Shown here piece after piece: positions 28,987 to 39,150 of a stretch of DNA of 64,000 nucleotides (the stretch's first letter is position 1; every line of letters begins with the position of its first letter). This DNA is from Actinomycetota bacterium. Lineage in GTDB: Bacteria > Actinomycetota > Actinomycetes > Actinomycetales > Microbacteriaceae. A program made the position numbers and the translations under genes. A model generated the notes under the pieces. The model did no database searches and was not told where the DNA came from. It saw only the letters and a program-made list of their open reading frames with translations. The DNA lies in contig JBEENB010000003.1 in the NCBI GenBank assembly GCA_041192365.1, positions 2,816 to 66,815 on the forward strand, written 5' to 3'.

Positions 28987-29829
28987 ATGACTGCACCAAT
29001 TCTTGTGACCGGTGGCGGCGGAATGCTCGCAACCGCCTTGGGTGACGTCTTCGGTGATAGCGCAGACCTCGTCACTCGTGCAGACCTTGACATCACCGAC
29101 GAGAGTGCTGTTCAGCGTGCGGTTGTCGGTCGGGTGGCCGTCATCAATGCCGCCGCGTACACCGCCGTCGATTATGCCGAGGCTAACAATGACGCGGCTA
29201 GGGATGTCAATGTCCATGGCGCAAGGAACGTGGCGAGTGCGTGCGCACGCACAGGTGTGCGCCTCGTTCATGTGTCAACCGACTACGTTTTTGACGGTCT
29301 CGCCACGAGCCCTTACTCCGAAAACGCGATAACAGACCCGCGGACCGCCTACGGACAGAGCAAGCTCGAGGGCGAACTCGCCGTGCGATCAGCGCACCGG
29401 GACGGGACAACCGTCGTCCGTACCGCGTGGCTCTACGGCGCGGGTGGACCTAGTTTCGTTGCGACAATGCTCGCTAAGGCCCGCGCGGGCGAACCCGTGA
29501 GTGTCGTCACCGACCAATTCGGCCAGCCCACATGGACCCGCGATCTTGCCGAACGAATTCGCCTGCTTCTTGACGTTGCGCCAGGGACCTTTCACGCGAC
29601 GAATTCCGGTGCGTGTTCGTGGTGGGATCTGGCAGTCGCAATCTACGAGGAAGTCGGTGTGCCAACAACCCTGGTCGGCCAAACCACCTCTGACGCGTTC
29701 GTTCGTCCAGCACAACGTCCTGCCTATTCGGTTCTAGGTGATGGCGCAGCGCAATCCGCAGGGCTCCCCGCGATGCCCCCGTGGCGTGACGCGATAGGAA
29801 AAGCTCTGCGCGCCGATTTTTCGCTCTAG
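28987..29829 (+). CDS. rmlD: dTDP-4-dehydrorhamnose reductase
   Basis: MTAPILVTGGGGMLA Rossmann motif, STDYVFDG, YGQSK catalytic pair. GGGAG 6 nt before ATG 28987; the ORF track starts at GTG 28984. Confidence 0.93.
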   Translation: MTAPILVTGGGGMLATALGDVFGDSADLVTRADLDITDESAVQRAVVGRVAVINAAAYTAVDYAEANNDAARDVNVHGARNVASACARTGVRLVHVSTDYVFDGLATSPYSENAITDPRTAYGQSKLEGELAVRSAHRDGTTVVRTAWLYGAGGPSFVATMLAKARAGEPVSVVTDQFGQPTWTRDLAERIRLLLDVAPGTFHATNSGACSWWDLAVAIYEEVGVPTTLVGQTTSDAFVRPAQRPAYSVLGDGAAQSAGLPAMPPWRDAIGKALRADFSL

Positions 29830-29834
29830 CCCCG

Positions 29835-31184
29835 CTACGGTTGGGGCGTCGGCGTCGGCGTCGGCTTGGCGGGCGTTGGGAAAACGGCATCACGGACGAT
29901 CTGGTGAGCCAACTTGAAGTTCGGGTACAACTGGTCGAAAATGGGTGGCACCAATTCTGCTCGGAGAATCGGTAATTTCCGTGCCTTTGTTCCGAGTTCA
30001 ACCATGAGTCCGACCATGGACTGAGGTAAATCGGTCACGACCAGTGCTTTACCCGCGGACGCAAGTTGCTGAAACTGCGCCAGCACCGTTGTCGGTTTGA
30101 CTTGACGGAGGATCGCTTCTTCCAATTGGCGCTGGCGACCCATTCGCTCGTAGTCGTCTGAATCGCACCGTGTTCGGACATACATTAGAGCGCGGTTGCC
30201 GTTGAGATGAGTCGCGCCGGCCGGAAAACTGTCGGTGATGGGCTCCCCTACTACACACACGTTCACGCGCTCCTCAATGAGGATATCCACACCACCGAGG
30301 GCATCGATGAGTCCGCTGAAACCGCGCATATCGATGAGGACATAGAACTGGACGGGGATTCCGGTGATGGCTTCGACCGAATCCCGCATGGCCTCGACTC
30401 CCGGCGATGATCCAGCCGCGACCGCATCCGGATACAACTCTGCATGCTGTTCCGCCCACGGATAGATATAGGCAAACAGGCACTCATCACCGCAATTGAA
30501 ACCGTCTGGCCACTCGGCACGCATCGGAGAATCCTTAGTGAACGGAGCGTTGTACAAATTTCGCGGAATTCCGACCACAGAAATTTGACCCGAATTCGCA
30601 TCGACGGTGACGAGACTGACCGAGTCTGGTCGAAGTCCAATCCGGTCAACCCCCGCATCTCCGCCGAGCAACATGAAGCTGTACTTTCCTTCGATCGGCT
30701 CGACCGTCGGCGCATCCGCAAAAATGCCCGCAATCGTGGCTCTCGTCACTCCCGCGAGATACGTCCCGTACGCGGCGCCACCTGCAGGCCCACACATCGC
30801 GACGACAGTGAAAATCGCGACCCAGAAGCGAGTTCGGCCAGGGACATGAACGAACCGAACCAATCGAAACGTGTCGACGGCGGCAATGAACGAGAGGAGC
30901 GCAAGCACGACCAGCATCACCTGCATTCCGAGTAGCCCCCAATTCGACACCCAGAAACCGAAGGTGAACCCCGCCGCGAGGAGGTAAGACACGATCGTCG
31001 CGAGCCCGATGAGGAAAAGGACCAGCCACGTACCAAACAGGATTCGTCCGAGTCGACGATTTCCCGCGAGCAACTGTGCCGAGCCGGGGATAACCAACGA
31101 CAGGATGATGAGCCACCACGCCCTACGGCGCATTACTGCACCGTCGTGAAGGTTTGGGTTACGAATCGGTGATGTCAGACTCAC
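29835..31184 (-). CDS. LCP (LytR-CpsA-Psr) family glycopolymer transferase with multi-TM N-terminus
   Basis: LCP core [26 protein letters not shown]...VGIPRN...YVRTR. About 4 N-terminal TM helices. PT-rich tail. Start is GTG 31184 (GTGA overlap with the purE stop) or ATG 31133. Confidence 0.88.
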   Translation of the reverse strand: MSLTSPIRNPNLHDGAVMRRRAWWLIILSLVIPGSAQLLAGNRRLGRILFGTWLVLFLIGLATIVSYLLAAGFTFGFWVSNWGLLGMQVMLVVLALLSFIAAVDTFRLVRFVHVPGRTRFWVAIFTVVAMCGPAGGAAYGTYLAGVTRATIAGIFADAPTVEPIEGKYSFMLLGGDAGVDRIGLRPDSVSLVTVDANSGQISVVGIPRNLYNAPFTKDSPMRAEWPDGFNCGDECLFAYIYPWAEQHAELYPDAVAAGSSPGVEAMRDSVEAITGIPVQFYVLIDMRGFSGLIDALGGVDILIEERVNVCVVGEPITDSFPAGATHLNGNRALMYVRTRCDSDDYERMGRQRQLEEAILRQVKPTTVLAQFQQLASAGKALVVTDLPQSMVGLMVELGTKARKLPILRAELVPPIFDQLYPNFKLAHQIVRDAVFPTPAKPTPTPTPQP

Positions 31185-31678
31185 GAGAGCGAATCTTTGA
31201 GTGCAGCGTTTTTTTCGGCGACGAGGTCAGCCAGGGACAGGGAGTAGTTGTCCAATTGAGCGGCGAGGGTCGGGCTCGAAATTGACAACATTCGAACCGC
31301 GAGCAACGCGGCGTTGGTCGAGTTTCCGATTGACACCGTAGCGACGGGAACTCCGCCTGGCATTTGGACGATGGACAACAGCGAGTCGAGCCCGTCCAAC
31401 TGCGACAACGCAATCGGAACACCGATAACCGGCAAACTTGTTACCGAGGCCAGCATTCCCGGAAGATGGGCGGCGCCCCCGGCGCCCGCGATGATGACCG
31501 AGACACCATTCGAGCGAGCTTGTTTGCCCCACTCGATCATGGCCTCGGGGGTGCGATGGGCACTCAGCACCTGCACATCGGACGCGACGCCGAACTGTTC
31601 CAGGATGTCATTGGCAGCGCTCATCGTTGGCCAATCCGAGTCGGATCCCATAACGATAGCGACGAGTGGCGTACTCAC
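31181..31678 (-). CDS. purE: N5-carboxyaminoimidazole ribonucleotide mutase
   Basis: [26 protein letters not shown]. Confidence 0.96.
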   Translation of the reverse strand: MSTPLVAIVMGSDSDWPTMSAANDILEQFGVASDVQVLSAHRTPEAMIEWGKQARSNGVSVIIAGAGGAAHLPGMLASVTSLPVIGVPIALSQLDGLDSLLSIVQMPGGVPVATVSIGNSTNAALLAVRMLSISSPTLAAQLDNYSLSLADLVAEKNAALKDSLS

Positions 31679-31687
31679 CCCTCCATG

Positions 31688-32791
31688 CTAAATGTCGGCA
31701 TGAAAGATTTCCGCCGCGGCGCGCGCCCTTGCCATGGTGTCGGTGACGTCTGTTCCTGTCGCGGTGACGTGACCAACTTTGCGGCCTGCGCGCGGTTCCT
31801 TGCCATAGTTGTGAAGTTTGACGTCGCTCAATTGGGTCAAGCGGCTGTAACGCCCGAGGTCCATCGAACCGAACACATTCACCATTACCGCCCACGGGTG
31901 GAGCGATTTGGTCGAACCGAGAGGCATGTCGCAAATCGCGCGAAGGTGTTGTTCGAACTGGGACGTCACGCTGCCTTCGATCGTGACGTGGCCGGAGTTA
32001 TGGGGTCGCATCGCCAGTTCGTTCACGAGGAGGCGACCATCGTTCGTTTCGAACAACTCGACCGCGAGGACACCGTTGACGTTCAGGTCAATCGCGATCT
32101 GTCGACCCAGTTCCGCGGCAACCTCGACGATGCGACTGTCGTCGGTTGGCGCAGGAAGAATCACTTCGGCGCACACGCCATTCGCCTGCGTCGTTTCGAC
32201 CGCGGGCCAGACGGACGTTTCTCCGCTGGGGCGGCGGGCAACGAGCTGGGCGAGCTCACGTGAGAAATCGACCATCTCTTCCATAAGGACGGGGCCTCGA
32301 TGCAACCAGTCCGCGACCTGCGCGGCGTCGGTGACGACCGCGACTCCTTTGCCGTCATAACCACCGCGTGGCACTTTCGCGATGATGCGGCCGCCATTGG
32401 TATCGAGAAAACCCTTAACGTCAGCCGTTGTTTCGGCGACTCTCCAGACAGGAAGTGGGTGACCCAATTCTTGAAGAATGTTCCGCATCACGATCTTGTC
32501 CTGAGCGACGGCTAGCGGCGCGGATCCTGGTCTCACGGCGACACCCGCCTTTTCGAGGGCAACGATGATGTCCGATGGCACATGCTCGTGGTCGAACGTG
32601 ATGACGTCCACACCTCGGGCGAATGTCAAAACTGTGTCGAGGTCACGAAAATCCCCCACTGTCGTTGCGCGATTGCGGGCCGACGAATCGTTCGTTTCCG
32701 CCAGAACTCTCAGTTCAAGACCGAGTTCAATGGCGGGACCAATCATCATCCGGGCGAGTTGACCTCCGCCGATGACGCCGATGACTCGCAC
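31688..32791 (-). CDS. purK: N5-carboxyaminoimidazole ribonucleotide synthase
   Basis: VIGVIGGGQLARMM and an ATP-grasp core. Directly upstream of purE. AAGGAG RBS. Confidence 0.94.
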   Translation of the reverse strand: MRVIGVIGGGQLARMMIGPAIELGLELRVLAETNDSSARNRATTVGDFRDLDTVLTFARGVDVITFDHEHVPSDIIVALEKAGVAVRPGSAPLAVAQDKIVMRNILQELGHPLPVWRVAETTADVKGFLDTNGGRIIAKVPRGGYDGKGVAVVTDAAQVADWLHRGPVLMEEMVDFSRELAQLVARRPSGETSVWPAVETTQANGVCAEVILPAPTDDSRIVEVAAELGRQIAIDLNVNGVLAVELFETNDGRLLVNELAMRPHNSGHVTIEGSVTSQFEQHLRAICDMPLGSTKSLHPWAVMVNVFGSMDLGRYSRLTQLSDVKLHNYGKEPRAGRKVGHVTATGTDVTDTMARARAAAEIFHADI

Positions 32792-32826
32792 AGCACTCCT
32801 TTGGACGGGATGAGGACGGTTTCAGC

Positions 32827-33561
32827 CTACCGAACCGACTCGTCGCCCCCGAGGCGAAGGTGCGTGACGTCCCCCGCCACGAATTCTTCGGTGCCGTTCA
32901 CGGTCTCGACGAGAAGCGAGCCCGTGAGCCCGAGCCCCGTCGCGCGGCCCGATGCGACACGGCCGTCGGGTAATTCAATCCAAACCTGGCGTCCGACGGT
33001 ATCAATGGCGCTCTGGAGGTCAGCCAGCAACTGGTCATCATCGAGGGTTTGGGCACTCCGAATCACCGCGTCGGCGAGCGCCGCCACGATGGTCGCGGAG
33101 GTGAGTGAGACGCCCTCCGCCACGAGGGACGTCACGGTGTCAGCCGAAAGCCCGTCGGGGATGCCCGTGACGTTGATCCCGATTCCAACGGCGATTCGAT
33201 CCGTGTCCAGCGATTCGATCAGTATCCCTGCCACCTTGCGACCGCCGACGTGAACGTCGTTGGGCCACTTGACCGTCGTAGGAATTCCCTCCTGCGCGTG
33301 ACGGGAGATGATACCCGCCAATGCGACGGCGACACACAGTGGCAACCGCGTCATGTGGGCTGGCAAGCCCAGCGCAGCGCGTGAGATAACAACGGTCATC
33401 GCGACACCAGTTCCCGGGTCCATCGACCATACTCGGTCCATTCGCCCTCGTCCTGCGGTCTGGTCCGATGTCGCGATCACGTCCCCGTGACCGAAATCGC
33501 TCGATTGAGCGGTTCGATTCGTCGATTCGACCTGATCAAACCAGTGAATGACCGCGACCAC
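32827..33561 (-). CDS. birA: biotin--[acetyl-CoA-carboxylase] ligase (no N-terminal HTH)
   Basis: 244 aa. GRGRMDRVW biotin-binding loop and VKWPNDV. Confidence 0.9.
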   Translation of the reverse strand: MVAVIHWFDQVESTNRTAQSSDFGHGDVIATSDQTAGRGRMDRVWSMDPGTGVAMTVVISRAALGLPAHMTRLPLCVAVALAGIISRHAQEGIPTTVKWPNDVHVGGRKVAGILIESLDTDRIAVGIGINVTGIPDGLSADTVTSLVAEGVSLTSATIVAALADAVIRSAQTLDDDQLLADLQSAIDTVGRQVWIELPDGRVASGRATGLGLTGSLLVETVNGTEEFVAGDVTHLRLGGDESVR

Positions 33562-33782
33562 TAGCGCAGCGGATTCGACCAGGTTCGGCCGGCGACGGGT
33601 TCGCGAGGTGCGCGTGTGTCGCGAGTCCAGCCATCGACACGCTTGTCCTCTTCGACCGCTCCGCCTTCGCGCAGCATCCCCGCCACGACCGCGATTACCG
33701 CGGCTTCCTGCTCGGGAGAGGGGGAACCTCCCGCGACGTGGATCTGCGTGAGTGGGTCAAGGTCCGGTGCTGGTTCGGCCAT
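33561..33782 (-). CDS. accE: acyl-CoA carboxylase epsilon subunit
   Basis: 73 aa. SPEQEAAVIAVVAGML. Start overlaps the stop of the carboxyltransferase gene by 1 nt, as for Mtb accD5-accE5. Confidence 0.8.
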   Translation of the reverse strand: MAEPAPDLDPLTQIHVAGGSPSPEQEAAVIAVVAGMLREGGAVEEDKRVDGWTRDTRAPREPVAGRTWSNPLR

Positions 33783-35380
33783 TAGAGCGGGATGTTCCCG
33801 TGCTTCTTTGCCGGCATGCTGGCGCGCTTCGTCCCGAGAGCACGCATCGACCGAATAATCGCGATTCGCGTCATGTGCGGGTAGATGACGTTATCAATCT
33901 CGCCACGCTCAGCGGCGAGGAACGGGCTCGCAACGTTCTGGGTGTACTCGCTCGCCAATTTTGCGCGAAGGGCGGCCACGTCTTCGCCCTTTTCTTCCGC
34001 TTCCTTGATTTCGGCGCGGTACAAAATGTTGACAGCACCCTGACCGCCCATGACGGCCAGTTCTGCGGTCGGCCAGGCCATGTTGATGTCGGCGCCAAGA
34101 TGCTTGGAACCCATCACGATGTACGCCCCGCCGTAGGCCTTGCGGGTGATGACGGTGATGAGAGGCACGGTTGCTTCGGAATAGGCGTAGAGCAACTTCG
34201 CGCCGCGGCGAATGACACCCTGCCACTCCTGATCGGTTCCCGGCAAGAACCCCGGAACGTCGACGAGCGTGATGATGGGGAGCCCGAACGCATCGCAAAA
34301 GCGGACGAATCGGGCCGCCTTCTCGCTGGCGTCGATGTTGAGCGTTCCCGCCATCTCCTTCGGTTGGTTGGCAACCACTCCGACCGGTTTTCCTTCGACA
34401 CGGGCAAAACCGATGATGATGTTCGGCGCGAACAGCGGTTGGACCTCGAGGAAGGAATCATCGTCCACCGACCTCGCAATGACATCGAGCATGTCGTAAG
34501 GCTGGTTCGCGCTGTCCGGAATGATCACGTCGAGTTCTTTGTCGGCCTCAGTCGGAGTCTCAGACACCACGGATGCGTAGACAGGGTGTTGGGCGAGGTT
34601 GTTTTGCGGTAGGTAGGCGAGAACCGAACGCACGTAATCGAACGCGTCAGGCTCGTCGCTCGCGAGGTAGTGCGAAACTCCGGTGCGAACCGAGTGAGTC
34701 TCGGCTCCGCCGAGTTCTTCCATGCCGACGTCTTCGCCCGTAACGGCTTTGATGACGTCGGGCCCCGTGACGAACATTTGGCTCGTTTTGTCGACCATGA
34801 CCACAAAGTCGGTGAGCGCGGGCGAATACACTGCGCCACCCGCTGCGGGACCGCAAATAATCGAGAACTGCGGTATCACACCGCTCGACTGAGTGTTGAG
34901 TCGGAAGATTTCTCCGTACTTACCCAAGGCCGTCACGCCTTCTTGAATTCGAGCGCCGCCCGAATCGAGGATTCCGATGATGGGCACACCCGCCTTCAGA
35001 GCGTATTCCTGAAGTTTGACGATTTTGGCACCGGCTGCTTCACCGAGAGAACCGCCGAACACGCTGAAGTCTTGGCTGAAAATTCCGACCTCGCGGCCGT
35101 GAATTCGACCAACGCCCATGATGACGGCGTCGCGGTCGGGGCGCTTGCCCGAGTCCCCGAACGAATCGCCGCGCGAACGAACAAACTTGTCGATTTCGGT
35201 GAAGCCGGTTCCGGGGTCGACGAGCTGCATGATGCGGGCCATCGCCGAATTCTTGCCCTTGGCTTTTTGCTTTTCTGCCGCGGCTGCTTGTGCCTCGTCG
35301 AGTCGCTTGAGCCGCGCGGCGAAATCAGCAATCCGCGCGGCGGTCGTCGCGGGTTGGGGGGTCGGTTTCTTCTCGGTCAC
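33782..35380 (-). CDS. accD: acyl-CoA carboxylase beta subunit (carboxyltransferase, AccD5/PccB type)
   Basis: 532 aa. Typical carboxyl_trans motifs [34 protein letters not shown]. Confidence 0.94.
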   Translation of the reverse strand: MTEKKPTPQPATTAARIADFAARLKRLDEAQAAAAEKQKAKGKNSAMARIMQLVDPGTGFTEIDKFVRSRGDSFGDSGKRPDRDAVIMGVGRIHGREVGIFSQDFSVFGGSLGEAAGAKIVKLQEYALKAGVPIIGILDSGGARIQEGVTALGKYGEIFRLNTQSSGVIPQFSIICGPAAGGAVYSPALTDFVVMVDKTSQMFVTGPDVIKAVTGEDVGMEELGGAETHSVRTGVSHYLASDEPDAFDYVRSVLAYLPQNNLAQHPVYASVVSETPTEADKELDVIIPDSANQPYDMLDVIARSVDDDSFLEVQPLFAPNIIIGFARVEGKPVGVVANQPKEMAGTLNIDASEKAARFVRFCDAFGLPIITLVDVPGFLPGTDQEWQGVIRRGAKLLYAYSEATVPLITVITRKAYGGAYIVMGSKHLGADINMAWPTAELAVMGGQGAVNILYRAEIKEAEEKGEDVAALRAKLASEYTQNVASPFLAAERGEIDNVIYPHMTRIAIIRSMRALGTKRASMPAKKHGNIPL

Positions 35381-35386
35381 GTAATT

Positions 35387-35392
35387 ACCTTA
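35387..35392 (-). promoter_or_regulatory. candidate -10 element (TAAGGT) of leaderless accD-accE-birA
   Basis: TAAGGT on the minus strand ends 6 nt before GTG 35380. It lies in the 35-nt gap after the upstream gene's stop. Confidence 0.5.
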
Positions 35393-35415
35393 GCGAGAGT
35401 GCGTTGTCGGGGCAC

Positions 35416-36681
35416 CTATCCCCGCGGATTCCCGTCCTTGACAAACGTCACGATGGTTTCCACGTGGTGCGTGTGCGGGAACAAATCGAGGGCCCGAAGG
35501 CGCGTCGGGTGATAGCCGTGTTCCCGAGCAAACGCGATGTCACGCGACAGTGCAACCGGGTCGCACGCGACGTAGACGATTTGAGCGAGGGCAAGTCGAC
35601 CGAGACTAGCCATGACCTCACGGCCCGCTCCCGACCGCGGCGGATCGAGAACGACCGTCCCCGCAGCGAGGCGCGAGCGCTCTCCGGGTGTCGCGCGCTG
35701 GTCGAGTGCGCGCAGCCATTTCTCGACCGTGCCGGTTTCGGCAAACGCACCGACCCACTCACTGAGATTTTCACCGGCGTGTTCGGTGGCCCGTTCATCC
35801 GATTCGACGCTCGTGACTCGGGTCGACGGCCCACCGAGGTCGGCGAGCGCCACCGCGAACAACCCGACACCGCCGTAAAGGTCAAGGTTGAGGGCGGTTG
35901 CGTCGAAATGCTCCAGATCGATCGCGGCGCGAACCTCGGCAGTGAGGGTCGTCGCAGCTTCCCGGTGGACCTGCCAGAAACCGTTGTCGTCGACTCGAAA
36001 CTCGCGGTTTCCCACGCGTTCGCGAATGACCGTCGGTTTTTGTTCACCGACAATGAGCCGCGGGTCACCGATGGACGGTGACAGCACATCGACCGAACCG
36101 AACATCCCGTAGTTGTCGGACAGCGGTGCGAGGCGATTGATCCCTTCGGTTGCCAGCGGCAGGGACTTCACGGCGATGATGTCGTGCGACCGGCGCGCGC
36201 GTGGACCGACCTGGCCCTGTTCGTTGACGTGAAGGCGGACACGGGTGCGCCACCCCAACCCGTTTTGTTCGTCGTCGCCGGGCAGAGCGTCCACGCGATC
36301 GAGCAGGAGGGCAATCGTGGCCTCGTCCAGTTTTCCGAACCGAGCGAGAGCGTCCTTGAGAACATCACGCTTGAGTTCACGCTGGTGTGCGAGGGTAATG
36401 TGGCCGAAATCCGCTCCGCCAACTCGGGCATGGATTGGTCGGTCGATTCCGGCTTCCGCCCAGACGTGAGGAACGCGGTACGGGCTGGGGTTGCTGACCT
36501 CGATGGCGTCGGCGCGCCAGAAACTAGCCTTGGAGTCGTCGGTGACGCGAGCGGTTACGGTCTCACCGGGGATCGCATCGCTCACGAAGATCACGCGTCC
36601 ATCGAGTCGCCCGACAGCGAACCCGCCGTGCGCGATTCCCGTCAGTGTCAGTTCAACGTCAGTACCAATCGATTCACCCAT
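35416..36681 (-). CDS. TRAM-domain class I SAM-dependent RNA (uracil-5) methyltransferase (TrmA/RlmD-like)
   Basis: 421 aa. N-terminal TRAM-like beta barrel (LTGIAHGGFAVGRLDGRVIFV), SAM motif LDLYGGVGLFA, and VYVACDP with the nucleophile Cys. Confidence 0.85.
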   Translation of the reverse strand: MGESIGTDVELTLTGIAHGGFAVGRLDGRVIFVSDAIPGETVTARVTDDSKASFWRADAIEVSNPSPYRVPHVWAEAGIDRPIHARVGGADFGHITLAHQRELKRDVLKDALARFGKLDEATIALLLDRVDALPGDDEQNGLGWRTRVRLHVNEQGQVGPRARRSHDIIAVKSLPLATEGINRLAPLSDNYGMFGSVDVLSPSIGDPRLIVGEQKPTVIRERVGNREFRVDDNGFWQVHREAATTLTAEVRAAIDLEHFDATALNLDLYGGVGLFAVALADLGGPSTRVTSVESDERATEHAGENLSEWVGAFAETGTVEKWLRALDQRATPGERSRLAAGTVVLDPPRSGAGREVMASLGRLALAQIVYVACDPVALSRDIAFAREHGYHPTRLRALDLFPHTHHVETIVTFVKDGNPRG

Positions 36682-36687
36682 TTGTCC

Positions 36688-36693
36688 AGCCTA
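36688..36693 (-). promoter_or_regulatory. candidate -10 element (TAGGCT) of the leaderless methyltransferase gene
   Basis: TAGGCT on the minus strand ends 6 nt before ATG 36681. Confidence 0.5.
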
Positions 36694-36702
36694 CGGTCAG
36701 GG

Positions 36703-36708
36703 TAGTGT
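36703..36708 (+). promoter_or_regulatory. candidate -10 element (TAGTGT) of leaderless maf
   Basis: TAGTGT ends 6 nt before GTG 36715. No SD. Confidence 0.5.
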
Positions 36709-36714
36709 CGGGCT

Positions 36715-37332
36715 GTGCGTCTCGTTCTCGCCTCTACGTCACCCGCTCGCCTCGCGACCCTTCGTGCGGCCGGAGTCGAACCGTTGACGATTTCCCCCGG
36801 AGTCGACGAGGACGCCGTCGTCGCGGCGGCGGGGCACCTCGGACCCGCCGAGATGGTGGAACTACTGGCTCGGGCGAAAGCCGAGGCCGTTGTCGAGTCT
36901 CACGGATCGACAATCGACGGGTTGATTCTCGGTGGTGATTCCGCATTTGTCATCGACGGAATCATTCACGGAAAGCCCCACCTCCCCGAGGTCGCCCGCG
37001 AGCGCTGGCTGCGTCAACGCGGCCGGACGGGCGTCCTGTATTCGGGCCACTGGCTCATCGATCATCGAGGGGGCGAGAACCACGGTGGAGTCGGCGTTGT
37101 GACCCACGCCGAGGTCACCTTCGCCGACGTCACGGACGCCGAAATCGATGCGTACATCGCGACCGGTGAGCCGCTCCACGTCGCCGGCGCCTTCACGATT
37201 GATTCGCTCGGTGGGCCTTTCATCGAGTCCATAGTCGGCGACCCGCACACCGTCGTCGGTTTATCGCTTCCCGCCCTCAGAAACCTTGTCCGCTCATTTG
37301 GAATCGACTGGACCGACCTGTGGAACCGCTGA
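36715..37332 (+). CDS. maf: Maf-like nucleoside triphosphate pyrophosphatase
   Basis: 205 aa. LVLASTSPARLATLRAAG, GGDS, YSGHW, GAFTIDSLG. Confidence 0.9.
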   Translation: MRLVLASTSPARLATLRAAGVEPLTISPGVDEDAVVAAAGHLGPAEMVELLARAKAEAVVESHGSTIDGLILGGDSAFVIDGIIHGKPHLPEVARERWLRQRGRTGVLYSGHWLIDHRGGENHGGVGVVTHAEVTFADVTDAEIDAYIATGEPLHVAGAFTIDSLGGPFIESIVGDPHTVVGLSLPALRNLVRSFGIDWTDLWNR

Positions 37333-37361
37333 CCGATAGAGACAGAGCGCGTGCCGACCAA

Positions 37362-37367
37362 TAGGCT
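37362..37367 (+). promoter_or_regulatory. candidate -10 element (TAGGCT) before accA
   Basis: TAGGCT ends 7 nt before ATG 37375. Confidence 0.5.
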
Positions 37368-37374
37368 AAAGAGC

Positions 37375-39150
37375 ATGTCACCACGCATCACCAAGGTCCT
37401 TATTGCCAATCGCGGAGAAATCGCCGTTCGCGTGATTCGCGCAGCCAAAGACGCGGGAATCGCAACCGTTGCCGTCTATGCAAATCAAGACATCAATTCT
37501 CAGCACGTCAAAATGGCGGACGAAGCCATCAGCCTGCACGGCACAACGAGCGCCGACACCTACCTCGTCATTGCGAAAATCCTGGCGGCCGCAAAACGCA
37601 CGGGCGCCAACGCCATTCACCCCGGGTACGGATTTCTCGCCGAGAACGCGGAATTCGCCCGCGCCGTTTTGGACGCCGGGATCATCTGGATCGGTCCGAC
37701 TCCCGAAGCGATCGAACGCCTCGGCGACAAGGTCAGTGCACGCCACGTCGCCGAGAAGGTTGGTGCTCCGCTCGCACCGGGGACGCTGAACCCCGTCGAG
37801 ACCGCCCAAGAGGTCCTCGACTTCGTGGATGTTCACGGACTGCCCGTCGCCATCAAGGCGGCGTTCGGTGGCGGTGGCCGCGGGCTCAAGGTCGCGCACA
37901 CACGCGAAGAAATCCCCGAACAGTTCGAGTCCGCGACGCGCGAGGCTATCGCTGCGTTCGGTCGCGGTGAATGTTTCGTCGAGAAGTACCTCGACAAACC
38001 CCGACACGTCGAGACCCAGTGTTTGGCTGACCACAAGGGAAACGTGGTTGTTGTGTCAACGCGCGACTGTTCGTTGCAGCGGCGTCACCAGAAACTCGTC
38101 GAGGAAGCCCCCGCGCCATTCCTCACCGACGCTCAGCGCGACCTGCTGTATTCGGCGTCGAAGAACATCCTCAAAGAGGTCGGATATGTCGGAGCTGGCA
38201 CGTGTGAGTTTCTGATTGGCGCTGACGGTACCGTCACCTTCCTCGAGGTCAATACTCGCCTGCAGGTTGAACACCCCGTGTCCGAAGAAGTCACCGGTCT
38301 CGACCTGGTTCGCGAACAGTTCCGAATCGCCGAGGGCGGACTCGTCGATTATCCGGACCCGGTCATCACTGGCCACTCGATTGAATTCCGCATTAACGGC
38401 GAGGATGCGGGGGCGAACTTCCGCCCCACGCCCGGGCCAGTCAAGGCGCTTCGACTTCCCGGTGGTCCCGGTATCCGTGTTGATTCCGGGGTTGTCGCGG
38501 GCGACGTCATCTCGGGGTCATTCGACTCGCTGCTCGCCAAACTCATCGTCACCGGGACCGATCGCAAGGACGCCTTGGCCAAGGCCCGCCGCGCGTTGAG
38601 CGAATTCCAGGTCGTTGGACTTCCGACGGTGCTCCCGTTCCACCAACTCGTTGTCAACGACCCAGCGTTCGCGCCCGCCGGAGACGAACCCTTCACCATT
38701 TACACGAGCTGGATCGAGACCGAGTTCAATAACTCCGTGCCCGAATACGCCGGCACCGTTGGTGCCAGTGAAGCGACCGACACCCGCCACGAAGTCGTCG
38801 TCGAGGTCGATGGCAAGCGTCTCGCCGTCTCAGTTCCCGACTCACTCCTGCCAACCTCGGCTCGAATTCACAAGCCTCTCGCGCCCGTGCGCTCCAAGAC
38901 AGCTCACGCTGCGGCCGGAGGCGGAAACGTCGTCGCCTCGCCGATGCAGGCAACAGTTGTGAAGGTAGAAGTGGCCCCGGGCGATGCTGTCGTCAAGGGT
39001 CAAACCGTCGTTGTCCTTGAGGCGATGAAGATGGAACAGGCCATCGCCGCACCTCGTGACGGTGTCGTCGCCAAGGTCAGTGCCGAGGTCGGCACCACAG
39101 TCAAGGCTGGTTTCGTTCTGCTCTCGCTCGAAAAGAGTTCCAAGACATGA
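37375..39150 (+). CDS. accA: acetyl/propionyl-CoA carboxylase alpha subunit (biotin carboxylase + BCCP)
   Basis: [17 protein letters not shown], an ATP-grasp region, and a C-terminal biotinyl motif VLEAMKME. The ORF track starts at GTG 37351. Confidence 0.95.
   Translation: MSPRITKVLIANRGEIAVRVIRAAKDAGIATVAVYANQDINSQHVKMADEAISLHGTTSADTYLVIAKILAAAKRTGANAIHPGYGFLAENAEFARAVLDAGIIWIGPTPEAIERLGDKVSARHVAEKVGAPLAPGTLNPVETAQEVLDFVDVHGLPVAIKAAFGGGGRGLKVAHTREEIPEQFESATREAIAAFGRGECFVEKYLDKPRHVETQCLADHKGNVVVVSTRDCSLQRRHQKLVEEAPAPFLTDAQRDLLYSASKNILKEVGYVGAGTCEFLIGADGTVTFLEVNTRLQVEHPVSEEVTGLDLVREQFRIAEGGLVDYPDPVITGHSIEFRINGEDAGANFRPTPGPVKALRLPGGPGIRVDSGVVAGDVISGSFDSLLAKLIVTGTDRKDALAKARRALSEFQVVGLPTVLPFHQLVVNDPAFAPAGDEPFTIYTSWIETEFNNSVPEYAGTVGASEATDTRHEVVVEVDGKRLAVSVPDSLLPTSARIHKPLAPVRSKTAHAAAGGGNVVASPMQATVVKVEVAPGDAVVKGQTVVVLEAMKMEQAIAAPRDGVVAKVSAEVGTTVKAGFVLLSLEKSSKT

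Noticed and set aside
29845-29865. (GGCGTC)3 tandem repeat
   Set aside because: It simply encodes the PTPTPTP linker at the LCP C-terminus. Too short to call a VNTR or regulatory repeat.
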